Of a DNA stretch of 64,000 nucleotides, positions 11,772-21,987 are shown piece by piece (the stretch's first letter is position 1; every line of letters begins with the position of its first letter). Position numbers and translations under genes: made by a program. The stretch lies in assembly GCA_963799845.1 (NCBI GenBank), contig CAWCYI010000006.1:288001-352000 (forward strand). Direction: 5' to 3'. The stretch comes from an uncultured Nitrososphaerota archaeon (GTDB lineage: Archaea; Thermoproteota; Nitrososphaeria; Nitrososphaerales; CADDZS01). The notes beneath the pieces were generated by a model. That model did not search any database and was not told the DNA's origin. It saw only the letters and a program-made list of their open reading frames with translations.

Positions 11772-12585
11772 TGTTCGGAGCTTTTGTTCGGGAGATGGAG
11801 AAGAAACTTGCTAAAGCCAAGCGGAGGAGAATCAGTCTTGGTCAGCACATGCTTGCTTCAGATCTTGCCGCTGACAAGCTAGTCGCGGTCTGTAATCTTT
11901 CTCGTGGCGAACGAGTCCTTGAGATAGGGACCGGCCTCGGAATACTTACGCGGCGGTTGGCGGAAAAGTCGGCCTTCGTCAAGAGCTTCGAAATAGACGA
12001 TCACTTCTACGAGTTTGCCAAGAAGTCGCTTTCGACTTATCAGAACGTGGAGGTTGTCAAAGGGGACGCTTTCGAACATGAATTGGACGAAGTGTTCGAC
12101 ATCTGCGTCACCAGTCTACCTTATTCCCAATCCTTGAGGTTTGTAAGATGGCTTGCTCTAAACTGCAGATTCTTCAAAAGATCGGTGGTGATCGTCCAGT
12201 TGGAATTCGCAAACAAACTTGTTTCAGATCCAGGCATTCCATCCTACAGGGCCATATCGGTAGTGGCACAGATAAGCTTTGAAATTCAAAAACTCTTTCC
12301 CATCGGCAAAACAGATTTTGACCCTCCCCCAAGAGTTGCATCCCAAGTGCTCGGGCTCTCCCTGAACGATCGTTTGGAGCAGCCCTTCTTTAACAAGAAT
12401 AGTATCCACGTTTTGGATCAACTCTTTTCTTTCCGTGGTAGGCGCCTGTCTTCGGCGGTGAAAAGCTCTCTACCGTAGAAACTTCGAGTAATCTTTCTCC
12501 GGAGATTCTCTCTACCAGAATAGAGAACATTTCACCTCTGGAGTATTCAGAAATCTTGCCCCAAATTGAGCTGCGTATGTCGTGA
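11771..12585 (+). CDS. rsmA: 16S rRNA adenine dimethyltransferase KsgA/RsmA (frameshift near 12475)
   Basis: LGQHML, VLEIGTGLG, SLPY, FDPPPRV; C-terminus continues in another frame to a TGA at 12583-12585. Confidence 0.88.
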
Positions 12586-13118
12586 GCGGACGCCCTTACA
12601 TTTACGCGGAAGATTCTAGACTACTCGGCGATGCTGTATCATCCCTGGACGACACAGATTCCTTTCTCGAAATCGGAGCCGGAAACGGCGGAAATCTGGT
12701 CAGAGTGAAGGACAAATTCAGACTTGTTGTCGGCACCGACATCAATCTAGAAATTCGAAGTGGTTTTTCCCCGGTAGTTCAACTTGTAATAGCCGACAAG
12801 GTTAGTTGCTTTCGTTCCTCGAGTTTTGACCTAGTGGCGTTCAATCCTCCTTACGTACCTTCTGAAGGAATCAAAGATCGAACGACAGATGGAGGCCGAA
12901 ACGGGATGGAAATTCCATTGGAATTTCTTTCTAGTGCGCTTGAGGTGTTGAAACCAGAGGGGAGAATTGCCATGGTCGTTTCGAGCGAGGATTCGATAGA
13001 AGAGCTTGAAGATTTTTGCATGAATAGGGGACTGCAGGCTACCAAGATCGCTGAGGCTAGATTATTTTTCGAGTCGTTGTTCGTTTATCTGATTAAGCAT
13101 CGAGAGAACGGTTGTTGA
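12582..13118 (+). CDS. HemK2/PrmC-like methyltransferase
   Basis: AEDS, LEIGAGNG, FNPPY, DGGRNG. Confidence 0.88.
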   Translation: MSGRPYIYAEDSRLLGDAVSSLDDTDSFLEIGAGNGGNLVRVKDKFRLVVGTDINLEIRSGFSPVVQLVIADKVSCFRSSSFDLVAFNPPYVPSEGIKDRTTDGGRNGMEIPLEFLSSALEVLKPEGRIAMVVSSEDSIEELEDFCMNRGLQATKIAEARLFFESLFVYLIKHRENGC

Positions 13119-13121
13119 ATA

Positions 13122-13943
13122 ATGTCCCAGAGAGTCCGAAAAAACGCAGAAGGGAAGGCTCCTCTATCCCGCTTTGCAGTGGGGATAGTCGAACCAGAGT
13201 TCGGGATTAATCTGGGGTATCTTGCAAGAACCATGGCAAACTTTGGAATGCAAAATCTTCTCGTTATATCTAGCAAGAAGTTGGATGAAGAGAATCTCTC
13301 AAAGGCAAGGTTGTTTGCAGCCCACGGGCGATGGCTGATTGACCGATTACAGTATGTCCACTCTCTTGAGAAATTGAAACGAAAGTACAAAATGCTGATC
13401 GGAACAACCGCCATAGAAGGCAGGAGAAAATCGAACATCACCCGGAAGACGCTGGGCGTTGAAGAATGTGCTGCGACGGTTGTCTCAAGACTTAGACCTC
13501 GCTCAAATGCCTGCTTTATTTTTGGTCGCGATACCACGGGATTGACCAATGAAGAGTTGAAGGCTTGCGATTACACCGTGACAATACGAACGCACTCCAA
13601 CTATAACACGCTTAACGTGTCTCATGCTGCAGCCATCATTTTTTACATATTCACAATCACACAAAGACGATCCAGTCTTAACACTGGACTGAGACAAAGT
13701 CAGCCGAAATGGAATGGATCCGCCGCTCTTGCGACGAGGAAAGAAAGAGACCGGGTGGTGTTACTTTTCCAGAAACTTGCGGAAGAAGCCGAATTCAAAG
13801 AATTCAAATCCAAACTTCTGCAAGAAACATTGCAGAGGATGTTTAATAGAGGAGAGCCTTCACTCAGGGAGCTTTACCTGCTCATGGGACTGGCGTCTAA
13901 AGCTACCTCGAAGATAAAAAGGCTCTCTAAACGAGCGTCATAA
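13122..13943 (+). CDS. trmJ: TrmJ/TrmH-family SPOUT RNA methyltransferase
   Basis: VEPE..NLG..AR.MANFG, FGRD..GLTNEEL, LNVSHA. Confidence 0.88.
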   Translation: MSQRVRKNAEGKAPLSRFAVGIVEPEFGINLGYLARTMANFGMQNLLVISSKKLDEENLSKARLFAAHGRWLIDRLQYVHSLEKLKRKYKMLIGTTAIEGRRKSNITRKTLGVEECAATVVSRLRPRSNACFIFGRDTTGLTNEELKACDYTVTIRTHSNYNTLNVSHAAAIIFYIFTITQRRSSLNTGLRQSQPKWNGSAALATRKERDRVVLLFQKLAEEAEFKEFKSKLLQETLQRMFNRGEPSLRELYLLMGLASKATSKIKRLSKRAS

Positions 13944-15126
13944 GATAGACTTTGCGGCGAATAATTTTCTTCTTGGTCGTCGGCACGGCGCACGGATTCT
14001 CCACGTTCACTCCGGTTACTTGAGGATGGAAGACCGCAAAACCGAGATCGCTCATCGATTCAAGGTCCATGCTGTGTCCCCGTCCTCTGTCGTCAACTAC
14101 CTCAGGTACAACAATCGAGACTTTGCCGTTTTTTTCGAGAATTCTGGAGAACGCTCTAAATGCGTCTTCGTAATTTTCCTTGGCAGTGCGAACGATTTGA
14201 CCCGCCTCACCTGCTGTCGGATTTTTCTCCAACTTTGGAATCAGAATGGGTTCTGTCGCAATCGCATCGATTTTCGGGATGTTCTCCTTTTCGATTCTTG
14301 ATGTGTCCGCTCGCGTGACATAGTAGGACAGCTTGGGAGAAATCTGAAATTGCTTTTTCATCCATTCCAGGTTCTTTCGACACTTGATAACGCCTTGGCC
14401 CGATAACTCGATGCCTACGGCATTATAACCAGCGATCATCGCTTCCTGAAGTATTGTTCCGAGACCGCAGAATGGATCGAGGATAGTCCTTCCCTTACTC
14501 AAACCACAAAGGTTTACCAGAACGCGAGCGAGCCGAGGTCCAAGCGTTACAGTGGGGTCTTGATACGGGCGTCCAAAATCTCTCTCCCCGAATCCTTCGA
14601 TATCTGAAGTAAATTCGGTATATCCGTATTGAGGTCTCGAAAAGCGACAATCAACTATGATATCGAGACCACGCACCCTTGAATCGTTTTTTGCAATAAC
14701 ACTTTTGACCAGATCGGACAATCTCAGCTCCCTTACATCGCCTTCCTCATCTGACTTGAGAAATCTCGACTTTCCGAGTGATTCGCTTTTAAGAAAATCC
14801 GAAATGGAGACTTTGGCATCCTCATATGTGTCGAGGTCGCAACCGTAACTGGAAATTGTCCAATTGAATTTGGGACTCTCGGGGAGCGGGAGAGCTCTAG
14901 TCAATTCCTCCAATGAATTTCCGCAAACTCTGGCTACCTTGAATACTCCGCCTAATTTCTTTGCCAGCGCTTTTCCAGTTTCCCGGCTGCATTGAAGCAA
15001 TAGAGAATCTCTTGTACTTTCCAGTATTTCAAAATCGAAATTGCCGGAGTCTTTGACTCTGACTATTTCGATTGTAGATAGCTGTGCGTATGAAAGAATG
15101 CAGAGGAATTTCTGATCCGGAATCAA
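13927..15126 (-). CDS. Trm11-like (N2-guanine) tRNA methyltransferase
   Basis: LARVLVNL, ILDPFCGLGTI, IATEP. Confidence 0.75.
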   Translation of the reverse strand: MIPDQKFLCILSYAQLSTIEIVRVKDSGNFDFEILESTRDSLLLQCSRETGKALAKKLGGVFKVARVCGNSLEELTRALPLPESPKFNWTISSYGCDLDTYEDAKVSISDFLKSESLGKSRFLKSDEEGDVRELRLSDLVKSVIAKNDSRVRGLDIIVDCRFSRPQYGYTEFTSDIEGFGERDFGRPYQDPTVTLGPRLARVLVNLCGLSKGRTILDPFCGLGTILQEAMIAGYNAVGIELSGQGVIKCRKNLEWMKKQFQISPKLSYYVTRADTSRIEKENIPKIDAIATEPILIPKLEKNPTAGEAGQIVRTAKENYEDAFRAFSRILEKNGKVSIVVPEVVDDRGRGHSMDLESMSDLGFAVFHPQVTGVNVENPCAVPTTKKKIIRRKVYLMTLV

Positions 15127-15200
15127 TACAATACTTCACGCAACGCGGTCAGCTTCGAATTCGAACGATCTCCTTTGATTCACGCATCTTGACTTAAATA

Positions 15201-15806
15201 GTGATCAGGTCACATTCGGACAATATCTTGTCCAAGGCGCCTACTCAGACAAAATCGTTCAGACTCGACGCCGATGTTCTGGAATCGCTCGAAATTGAGA
15301 GTGCTCGTCGTGGAACGAGTGTTAACAATCTGACTAACCAAATCCTGAGAAAGTGGGTTAATTTTGATCGCTACCTGCAAGATTTTGGGACCCTTGTTCT
15401 TTCGGTTCAAGACTTCTTAAGAGCAATCAATTCTTTCGACGACGAGACTATCCGCTCACTAGCTATTGAAAGCGGCAAGCGATTTCCAAAGGATCTGATA
15501 CTATTTACTGGCCAGAAAAATGATCTCAAAACATGCATTAGATTCGTCGAGACCATCCTCTGTGATTACATGAGATGGGCGAACTATCATAGCACTTCTG
15601 GCGAAACAGAGTTCGTGATCACTTTGAGGCACAACTACGGCAGCAAGTGGTCCATCGCGCTAGAGTCAATGCTCACGAGCATGTTCCAGACCAACGTTTC
15701 CATAGTTCCTCGGTTTACTGTTACTGAGAGCACCGTTCTCATGTCCATCGAAAAAGTACCAGAGCCCAAGACCGAGCCGACGGCCAATATTGAATCCATC
15801 GGCTAG
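15201..15806 (+). CDS. Ribbon-helix-helix domain protein, putative regulator
   Basis: N-terminal TKSFRLD..VLESLE..SARRGTSVNNL RHH pattern, followed by a globular domain (LRHNYGSKWS). Confidence 0.6.
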   Translation: MIRSHSDNILSKAPTQTKSFRLDADVLESLEIESARRGTSVNNLTNQILRKWVNFDRYLQDFGTLVLSVQDFLRAINSFDDETIRSLAIESGKRFPKDLILFTGQKNDLKTCIRFVETILCDYMRWANYHSTSGETEFVITLRHNYGSKWSIALESMLTSMFQTNVSIVPRFTVTESTVLMSIEKVPEPKTEPTANIESIG

Positions 15807-15872
15807 TCGGATTATCAGCGGACGGGTAACGTTAAGTACCCTGCTGGGAAATTGTTTTTTTGCGAATTTCTG

Positions 15873-16397
15873 TTGAAAGGAAAGAACTACCGCCTGACAA
15901 GCGGGATGCCTCTTACAAGCAAAGTGTATTCTCCTGGCGCCCCGAATTCAAAAATTGCAAGGTTCAGCACTGGTCAAGCCAGTCCTGATTATGATTACAT
16001 TCTGAAGCTCGTTAGCACAGAAAAAGTTCAGATTAGACACAATGCTTTGGAAGCGGCAAGGGTTGCTGCGAATAAGAAATTGACCCCCATCGGAGAGACT
16101 GCATATTTTCTGAGGGTCAAAGTTTACCCCCACGTTATTCTTAGGGAAAACAGGATGATTGCAACTGCTGGTGCAGATCGTTTGCAGGAAGGTATGCGAA
16201 AGGCCTGGGGAAAGCCAATGGGGCTGGCAGCTAGGGTCATGCCGGGCTCTGTTATTTTGGAACTTTATATCAAGAAAGAAAATCTGGTAAAGGCAAAGGA
16301 AGCTATGAGAAGTGCGTCTACTAAACTGCCAATGGTTACGCAGGTCATTGTTGAGCCCCTTCAAAAGAATGAAAGCGCAATAGCAGTCGCGAACTAG
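15873..16397 (+). CDS. rpl10e: Ribosomal protein uL16 (L10e)
   Basis: QIRHNALEAAR, AGADRLQEGMR; likely TTG start at 15873. Confidence 0.97.
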   Translation: MKGKNYRLTSGMPLTSKVYSPGAPNSKIARFSTGQASPDYDYILKLVSTEKVQIRHNALEAARVAANKKLTPIGETAYFLRVKVYPHVILRENRMIATAGADRLQEGMRKAWGKPMGLAARVMPGSVILELYIKKENLVKAKEAMRSASTKLPMVTQVIVEPLQKNESAIAVAN

Positions 16398-16530
16398 AAC
16401 GGCCCTGCCCCATTTCCCGGGCAGTTTCGTTTATCTAGGATTGTGCATTATTGTTAGATCAATCTGCGCTTCGATGTTACGGTTTTGGATTCGCATTAGA
16501 TATTTGAGTTAGCTCAGCTCTTCAAAGTAG

Positions 16531-17553
16531 ATGGAATGTTTGACGATTAGAATCGATAGAGGTGAAATTGAAGTCATACTTCAGGAGCAACATCCTAAGA
16601 GGATTGTCTTCAACGCGCCGGACGGTCTTCTACGCGAGACGAGAAAGATTGCTCAAGAACTCGAAGCCGCCTATGGTCTGCAGGCGATTGTGATAGCCGA
16701 TCCAACGTACGGCTCGTGTGACACTGTCGATTTGGATGCTCAAAGATTGGGAGCCGACATTGCTTTCCATGTCGGGCATAACGTCACGATTAAGAAGTTC
16801 GGCAAGATCACCTATTCGATAGATGCAGTTGACGATATTTCGTTCGAGGTCGTTGCGAATAAGGCCTGCGAGTCCCTCAAGAATCTTGGCTTTCGAAGTG
16901 CGGGGCTAGCCACTTTTGCGCAACATGTGGCGGAACTTAAACGGGTCTCGGAGATTTTAGAGACAAATGGTATATCAGCCCTGATCGGCAAGGGAATGGG
17001 ACAGCTCCACGATGGACAGATATTTGGCTGCGAGTTCTATCCAGCATTCAATATTAGAGATAAAGTCGATGCCATGCTTTTGCTTGGTCCAAGCATGTTT
17101 CACGCAATAGGGCTGAGTCTTTCCACTGGTAAACCTACGTTCATGCTTGATCCATACCAGAATGAAGTTATCGACATCAGCAAGGTCGCCCAAGAGCGAC
17201 TGAAAAAAGCTGTTCTATCTGTCTATAACGCCAGGGACGCGAATTCCTTCGGAGTGATAATAGGTTTGAAAGAAGGACAAATTATGACAGACCAATCAGT
17301 TAGGTTGAAGAAAGATCTCGAATCGTTCGGCAAAAGAGTTCAGCTCATCGCCCTCCGTGAAATCACTTCTGAAAGAATCAATTCGATGACCGACATCGAG
17401 GCGTTCGTTCAGACAGGGTGCCCTAGGATAAGCGTTGACGGTTATACTTTTGGAAAACCTGTCTTGAGCGTTCCTCAGACCGATGCGCTGCTCAGTCTAC
17501 TTGCAGGCAAAGAGATAAACATGGAGATGTTCGAGAGGAAACATTGGCTTTAG
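16531..17553 (+). CDS. dph2: Diphthamide biosynthesis enzyme Dph2
   Basis: YGSCD, GQIFGC, TGCPR Fe-S cysteines. Confidence 0.93.
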   Translation: MECLTIRIDRGEIEVILQEQHPKRIVFNAPDGLLRETRKIAQELEAAYGLQAIVIADPTYGSCDTVDLDAQRLGADIAFHVGHNVTIKKFGKITYSIDAVDDISFEVVANKACESLKNLGFRSAGLATFAQHVAELKRVSEILETNGISALIGKGMGQLHDGQIFGCEFYPAFNIRDKVDAMLLLGPSMFHAIGLSLSTGKPTFMLDPYQNEVIDISKVAQERLKKAVLSVYNARDANSFGVIIGLKEGQIMTDQSVRLKKDLESFGKRVQLIALREITSERINSMTDIEAFVQTGCPRISVDGYTFGKPVLSVPQTDALLSLLAGKEINMEMFERKHWL

Positions 17554-17580
17554 TAATACGTAGAAACAGAGTGTTTTACA

Positions 17581-18171
17581 ATGGAAAAAAATAATCAGAA
17601 AGAAAAATCCCGTGAAGCTATACCGGGGGACCAACTTGCAACAATAGAAGAATTTGTACCAGGAGTTGGATCTATATCTTTGGGAGATTCTGTCATATCA
17701 ACGGTAGTTGGGCATGTACAGCCAGACATGGTTAACAGGGTAATTAATGTGAAACCTTCGAGGAACGCCGATGACTCTATGCCCAAGGTGGGAGATTACG
17801 TGATAGGTCGTGTTGACAGTGCTCAGCCGTCCATGGTGCAAGTCACTATAATTGCCGTGAACGATGAAGTGAGTGACAAAGAACTGAGTGGTATGCTGTC
17901 GATGAGGGATGAGCGGCGAAGAAGGACGACGAGCCCAATCAAGGCCGGAGATACAATTAGGGCGAAAGTGATCAGTACGAAAAACTCGATTTATCATCTA
18001 GCTCTCGACGATTCAAAGACAGGAGTCATCAAGACCGTCTGCAGCAACTGCGGCGGTAATGTGATAGCAATGGGAAGGGATAGAGTAAAGTGTCGTGAAT
18101 GTGGCTTTGTGGACGAGAGGTTGCTCTCGGACGATTTTATCAAGAATTCGCGAAGTCAATCTGACGCGTGA
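17581..18171 (+). CDS. csl4: Exosome RNA-binding subunit Csl4
   Basis: PGDQLATIEEF, S1 domain, CSNCG...CRECG Zn ribbon. Confidence 0.92.
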   Translation: MEKNNQKEKSREAIPGDQLATIEEFVPGVGSISLGDSVISTVVGHVQPDMVNRVINVKPSRNADDSMPKVGDYVIGRVDSAQPSMVQVTIIAVNDEVSDKELSGMLSMRDERRRRTTSPIKAGDTIRAKVISTKNSIYHLALDDSKTGVIKTVCSNCGGNVIAMGRDRVKCRECGFVDERLLSDDFIKNSRSQSDA

Positions 18172-18255
18172 AATAAGACCTCCTCTGGAATTTTGATGTC
18201 AGCCGTTCAAAGAAAACATATAAAGGGTACGCAGGCCGTTAGCTGATTCTTATCC

Positions 18256-18594
18256 TTGAATCTAAAAATCAACCCGGTAGGGCAAAGTTCAGTACAGATC
18301 CTGATAGAAAAAGAGGACTACAGCATCGCCGATATCGTTCACAAAGAACTGATGAATGTAAAACACGTAAAGTTTGCTGGCGTTGCCCCGCCACATCCCT
18401 TGATTAAGACGCTGACGATCGAGCTCAGTACCGACTCTAACAAACCGATAAAAGCTCTTGAGGAAGCTTTGAAACTTTCTCAGGAAAGGGTGGCTGAATT
18501 GCTGAAGCTTGCAAAGAAAATTTTTCCACAGGCTCCCGCTGGAAATGATGAGGTGCGCGGGAAAGTTGATTCGCCTTCTGAAGAGCTCTACTGA
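18256..18594 (+). CDS. rpo11: RNA polymerase subunit Rpo11 (L)
   Basis: EDYSIA..V.FAG...PHPL; follows csl4. Confidence 0.88.
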   Translation: MNLKINPVGQSSVQILIEKEDYSIADIVHKELMNVKHVKFAGVAPPHPLIKTLTIELSTDSNKPIKALEEALKLSQERVAELLKLAKKIFPQAPAGNDEVRGKVDSPSEELY

Positions 18595-18730
18595 ATCCGT
18601 TGGGTTCCCTTCATCTACTACCGAACAAGGTTCATAAAACGCGGGCTCCCGACGTAATCTAAATTACAAAAAAAAGCCATATCGACTCACGGTTTTCTGA
18701 ATAATCTCTTTTCAAGAATAGTTGGTCTCC

Positions 18731-19063
18731 ATGAAATTCTGTCCAAAGTGTGGTACCCGGTTGAAGTACAAACCTCAGAAAGATGGACCGGTTTTGCTCT
18801 GCGATAAATGTGGGTACTCGCAAGTTGCTGGACCTAACATAACAACTCCAGAGGAAGTGGATACGGATTCTTCGTCCACGATAAAGGTCTTGGGAGACAA
18901 AGAAGACAAGATCAAGACCATGCCGACCACCCAGGTCGAGTGTCCAAAGTGTGGTCACAATACGGCCTTCTGGTGGTTTTTGCAGACGAGGAGCGGTGAC
19001 GAACCGCCGACCCAGTTCTTCAGATGTGAAAAGTGCGCTCACACTTGGCGACAATATAGCTAG
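18731..19063 (+). CDS. tfs: Transcription factor S
   Basis: Two Zn ribbons, QTRSGDEP acidic hairpin. Confidence 0.95.
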   Translation: MKFCPKCGTRLKYKPQKDGPVLLCDKCGYSQVAGPNITTPEEVDTDSSSTIKVLGDKEDKIKTMPTTQVECPKCGHNTAFWWFLQTRSGDEPPTQFFRCEKCAHTWRQYS

Positions 19064-19123
19064 AAATCCGACGGAATAAACTATTTTTACTGAAATTGCA
19101 TCTTTCCGAAGTTAGACATAGAA

Positions 19124-19915
19124 TTGACGGAAGAATCAAGCAGAGCGACAGGTTTTCTTGCAAGAACTCAGTCTCCTAGCCAGTGGAAAGCAGTAACATC
19201 TGCTATCCAAACCCTCGTGGAAGAGGCAACTTTTGATGTTACTGCGGATGGAATCACTTTCAGGGCCATGGACCCTTCACATGTAGCGTTGATTGATCTG
19301 TTTTGGCCCAGCGCTGATTTCCAGAAATTTTCCTGCGATAAACCTGACAAATTTACTGTCCGAATGGATGACTTCGCCAAACTAATTCGGAGGGCGGAAG
19401 GCAAAGATTCGGTTGAGATATCGAGAGAAGGGTCAGAATCTCTGAGCGTCAAACTGAGCAATGGTTACAAACGCGAATTTGAACTTCACCTGATAGAGTC
19501 CAGCCAGAGCAACACTCCACTGCCCAAGCTGACGTACGATTCCAAGTTTGTGACGACGGAACCAGCCTTCGATCGCGTTCTGAATGATGTTTCTGCTGTT
19601 TCAAACCACATCTCGATAGAATCTGGGAAGGACAGGGTTCTATTTTCTGGAAAAGGTGACACCGGTAGGGCTTCCGTCGTGCTAGAAAAGGCCGAAGCTG
19701 GAAAAGGAGATCTCATTAATCTTTCATCAGAAAAGGAAAGCAAGTCGACGTACAGCATCGAGTATCTTCTGAAGATAACCAAGTCCGCGGGCGCAGCTTC
19801 CGACACCATCGATTTCGAGTATTCAAGCAAAATGCCGTTAAGGATGGATTTCAAACTTGGAGAGAATAGTAACGGATATATCCGTTTCTATTTGGCGCCG
19901 AGGGTTCAAGAGTAA
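19124..19915 (+). CDS. pcn: DNA sliding clamp PCNA
   Basis: AMDPSHVALI, C-terminal FYLAPR. Confidence 0.96.
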   Translation: MTEESSRATGFLARTQSPSQWKAVTSAIQTLVEEATFDVTADGITFRAMDPSHVALIDLFWPSADFQKFSCDKPDKFTVRMDDFAKLIRRAEGKDSVEISREGSESLSVKLSNGYKREFELHLIESSQSNTPLPKLTYDSKFVTTEPAFDRVLNDVSAVSNHISIESGKDRVLFSGKGDTGRASVVLEKAEAGKGDLINLSSEKESKSTYSIEYLLKITKSAGAASDTIDFEYSSKMPLRMDFKLGENSNGYIRFYLAPRVQE

Positions 19916-19940
19916 TTCAGTTCGGTCGCTACATCAACAG

Positions 19941-20096
19941 TAGCGGGGGGTGGACTCTCAGTAAAGCAGAGATCAACTGCTATTATTTTTGAACCACCGC
20001 TCTGCGGGTATCTCATGACAATACCTCTTTCCTTTTCGAAAAAAGAACAGGTCACATTATGAGCCCGCCGGGATAACCTGGCTTCCCCACCCCGCT
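19941..20096 (-). tRNA. Initiator tRNA-Met(CAT) with two introns (37/38: 20010-20057; 59/60: 19955-19987)
   Basis: Spliced sequence AGCGGGGTGGGGAAGCCAGGTTATCCCGGCGGGCTCATAACCCGCAGAGCGGTGGTTCAAATCCACCCCCCGCTA folds as a cloverleaf with A1:U72 and a GGG/CCC anticodon stem; both junctions form BHB-like motifs. Confidence 0.92.
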
Positions 20097-20127
20097 AGGT
20101 TGTGTCTTTTTTTCTTCCAGAATTCCG

Positions 20128-20134
20128 TATTAAA
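20128..20134 (-). promoter_or_regulatory. TATA box for tRNA-iMet
   Basis: TTTAATA about 32 nt upstream of the mature tRNA 5' end. Confidence 0.5.
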
Positions 20135-20194
20135 GCTTGACTGGGCTAGAGGAAACCGATTCGGTTCCAAAATGCTAAATCGGATTGAGAGACG

Positions 20195-21076
20195 TTGAAC
20201 ATCCTGTTTGGCGTGTCAAGTCAAGAATTACTTCACCCGGTGGGAATTCACGTTTCTATTTCGGGCAAGCTCGACTTTTCCGTAGATAGGGCAATTGTAC
20301 TGGGCTGCTCTCGAACATTTCAGATCTTTACCTGTAGTCCTCGTAGGTGGGATGCATCTCCCTTGGACGGGAATGAAGTCTCAGCGTATCGCAAGAAAAT
20401 CTCGGAATCCAAATTCAAGGTGCATGCTCATATGCCCTATCTCCCAAATCTGTCATCCCCTGAGGATGAATTTTATTCAAAATCGGTTCGAGTCCTGATC
20501 AGAGAAATTAGAAGATGCGGAGAACTGGGTGTTGAGAACTTGGTTCTTCACTTTGGCAGCCACTTGAAAACTTCGATTGAAGCAGGGGCAGAAAGGATAG
20601 TCGCTGCATGCAAGAATTCCATCGATGAAACAGAAGGCGTAGAGGTTCGTCTCCTGCTGGAGAATTCTGCCGATCCCAACAGCGTCGGTTCAAATTTCGA
20701 TACTATAGGCAGAGTGCTGGAAGGAATACGGAACAATAAGAGAATGGGTGTATGTCTCGACACGTGTCACGCTTTTGCGTCTGGTTACGATCTTTCTGCG
20801 CCGTCCGGTGTCAAAAAGTCGCTAGAGCTATTCGATTCTTCTATCGGGCTCGCAAATCTTTTCCTCATCCACCTGAACGATTCCAAAGGAAAGATCGGTT
20901 CAGGTCTAGATCGCCACGAAAGTATCGGCAAGGGAAACATTGGTGTCGCAGGTATGACGGCAATTCTGAGATCGGAAAAACTAGATCATTTGCCCTTTGT
21001 TTTGGAAACTCCCCGAGACTACGAGGGCGAGGACAAGGAGAATATCGAAACGACCAAACGGTTGATGCGCAACTAG
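20195..21076 (+). CDS. nfo: Endonuclease IV (AP endonuclease)
   Basis: HMPYLPNL, LLLEN, CLDTCH, HLNDSK, DRHE, LETP. Confidence 0.95.
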   Translation: MNILFGVSSQELLHPVGIHVSISGKLDFSVDRAIVLGCSRTFQIFTCSPRRWDASPLDGNEVSAYRKKISESKFKVHAHMPYLPNLSSPEDEFYSKSVRVLIREIRRCGELGVENLVLHFGSHLKTSIEAGAERIVAACKNSIDETEGVEVRLLLENSADPNSVGSNFDTIGRVLEGIRNNKRMGVCLDTCHAFASGYDLSAPSGVKKSLELFDSSIGLANLFLIHLNDSKGKIGSGLDRHESIGKGNIGVAGMTAILRSEKLDHLPFVLETPRDYEGEDKENIETTKRLMRN

Positions 21077-21828
21077 ACTTGAGCCCGGATGTAGTCCTGC
21101 CCGTCTCGAAAGGCGATCAATTTCGCAGCTCTCTGGTCCCGAGTTCCAGTCATGTAGGATTTGCTCCTTTTCCTAGACAAAGATGAAGTGCCGCTTTCGT
21201 TCACAAGTTGCAACCGAATTTCATCGTGATACCTCGAATCGAGAATTTGGGCGATTTTCTTTGCCAAGTGAATATTTCCGGAACCAATCTTGACTATTTT
21301 CTGAATATCAGGAGCATTATCTATAAGGGCAGAGACTCGTGCAATTGTTTCGTCGAGAGAGTGGACAACGCTGCTCTCGACCTCCCGATGATTTATGAAA
21401 GCGGCGACGCCAGTTCTCTTCCCTGGGTCTACTCCTATGATGAACCAGTCATGGGGCTTTGCAGGGTAGAGAAAAGATAGAATTTTCGCTCTTGCAATTC
21501 CCACATCGTCTCCAAGGTCCTCGACGCAAATTATGGAGGGGCCGAAGAATTGAAGACGCTCTCGCCTCGTTGTGATTATTACCTTGATATTTCTCTCAAG
21601 ATAAGGCACTGCGTTGTCTGATCCATCATTGCGAATCTGCGGATGTCTTGGCAAGACATCTGCGAAAGGAAACCCGAGCCTCTTGAGAAGGGAGGCAATT
21701 AGAAAATATGCCTTGCCATTAGAAGTTGACACTCCAACTTCGGGGCCGGAATCAAAGATTTCTCCTATTCTTCCCACCCAACAGGCGATAGAAAATTTGG
21801 CGAGATTCAAACTTTTAAGAGTTGACAT
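21073..21828 (-). CDS. Hypothetical protein with RNase H-like (YqgF/RuvX-type) C-terminal domain
   Basis: IGVDPGKRTGVA, VNESGTS, RDQRAAKLIA. Confidence 0.6.
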   Translation of the reverse strand: MSTLKSLNLAKFSIACWVGRIGEIFDSGPEVGVSTSNGKAYFLIASLLKRLGFPFADVLPRHPQIRNDGSDNAVPYLERNIKVIITTRRERLQFFGPSIICVEDLGDDVGIARAKILSFLYPAKPHDWFIIGVDPGKRTGVAAFINHREVESSVVHSLDETIARVSALIDNAPDIQKIVKIGSGNIHLAKKIAQILDSRYHDEIRLQLVNESGTSSLSRKRSKSYMTGTRDQRAAKLIAFRDGQDYIRAQV

Positions 21829-21987
21829 TATTCTCTAGGAATGTCTGTCCTGAACTTCTCAATCCTAGGATAGGATATCGGACAAGGGATAATACTGTCA
21901 ACCATAGATAAATTACTAGGAGAAATCATTTCAAAGACTCAAACAATAACCCTAGCTTTCGAAGATCCAAAAATAAAACCGGCGTTA

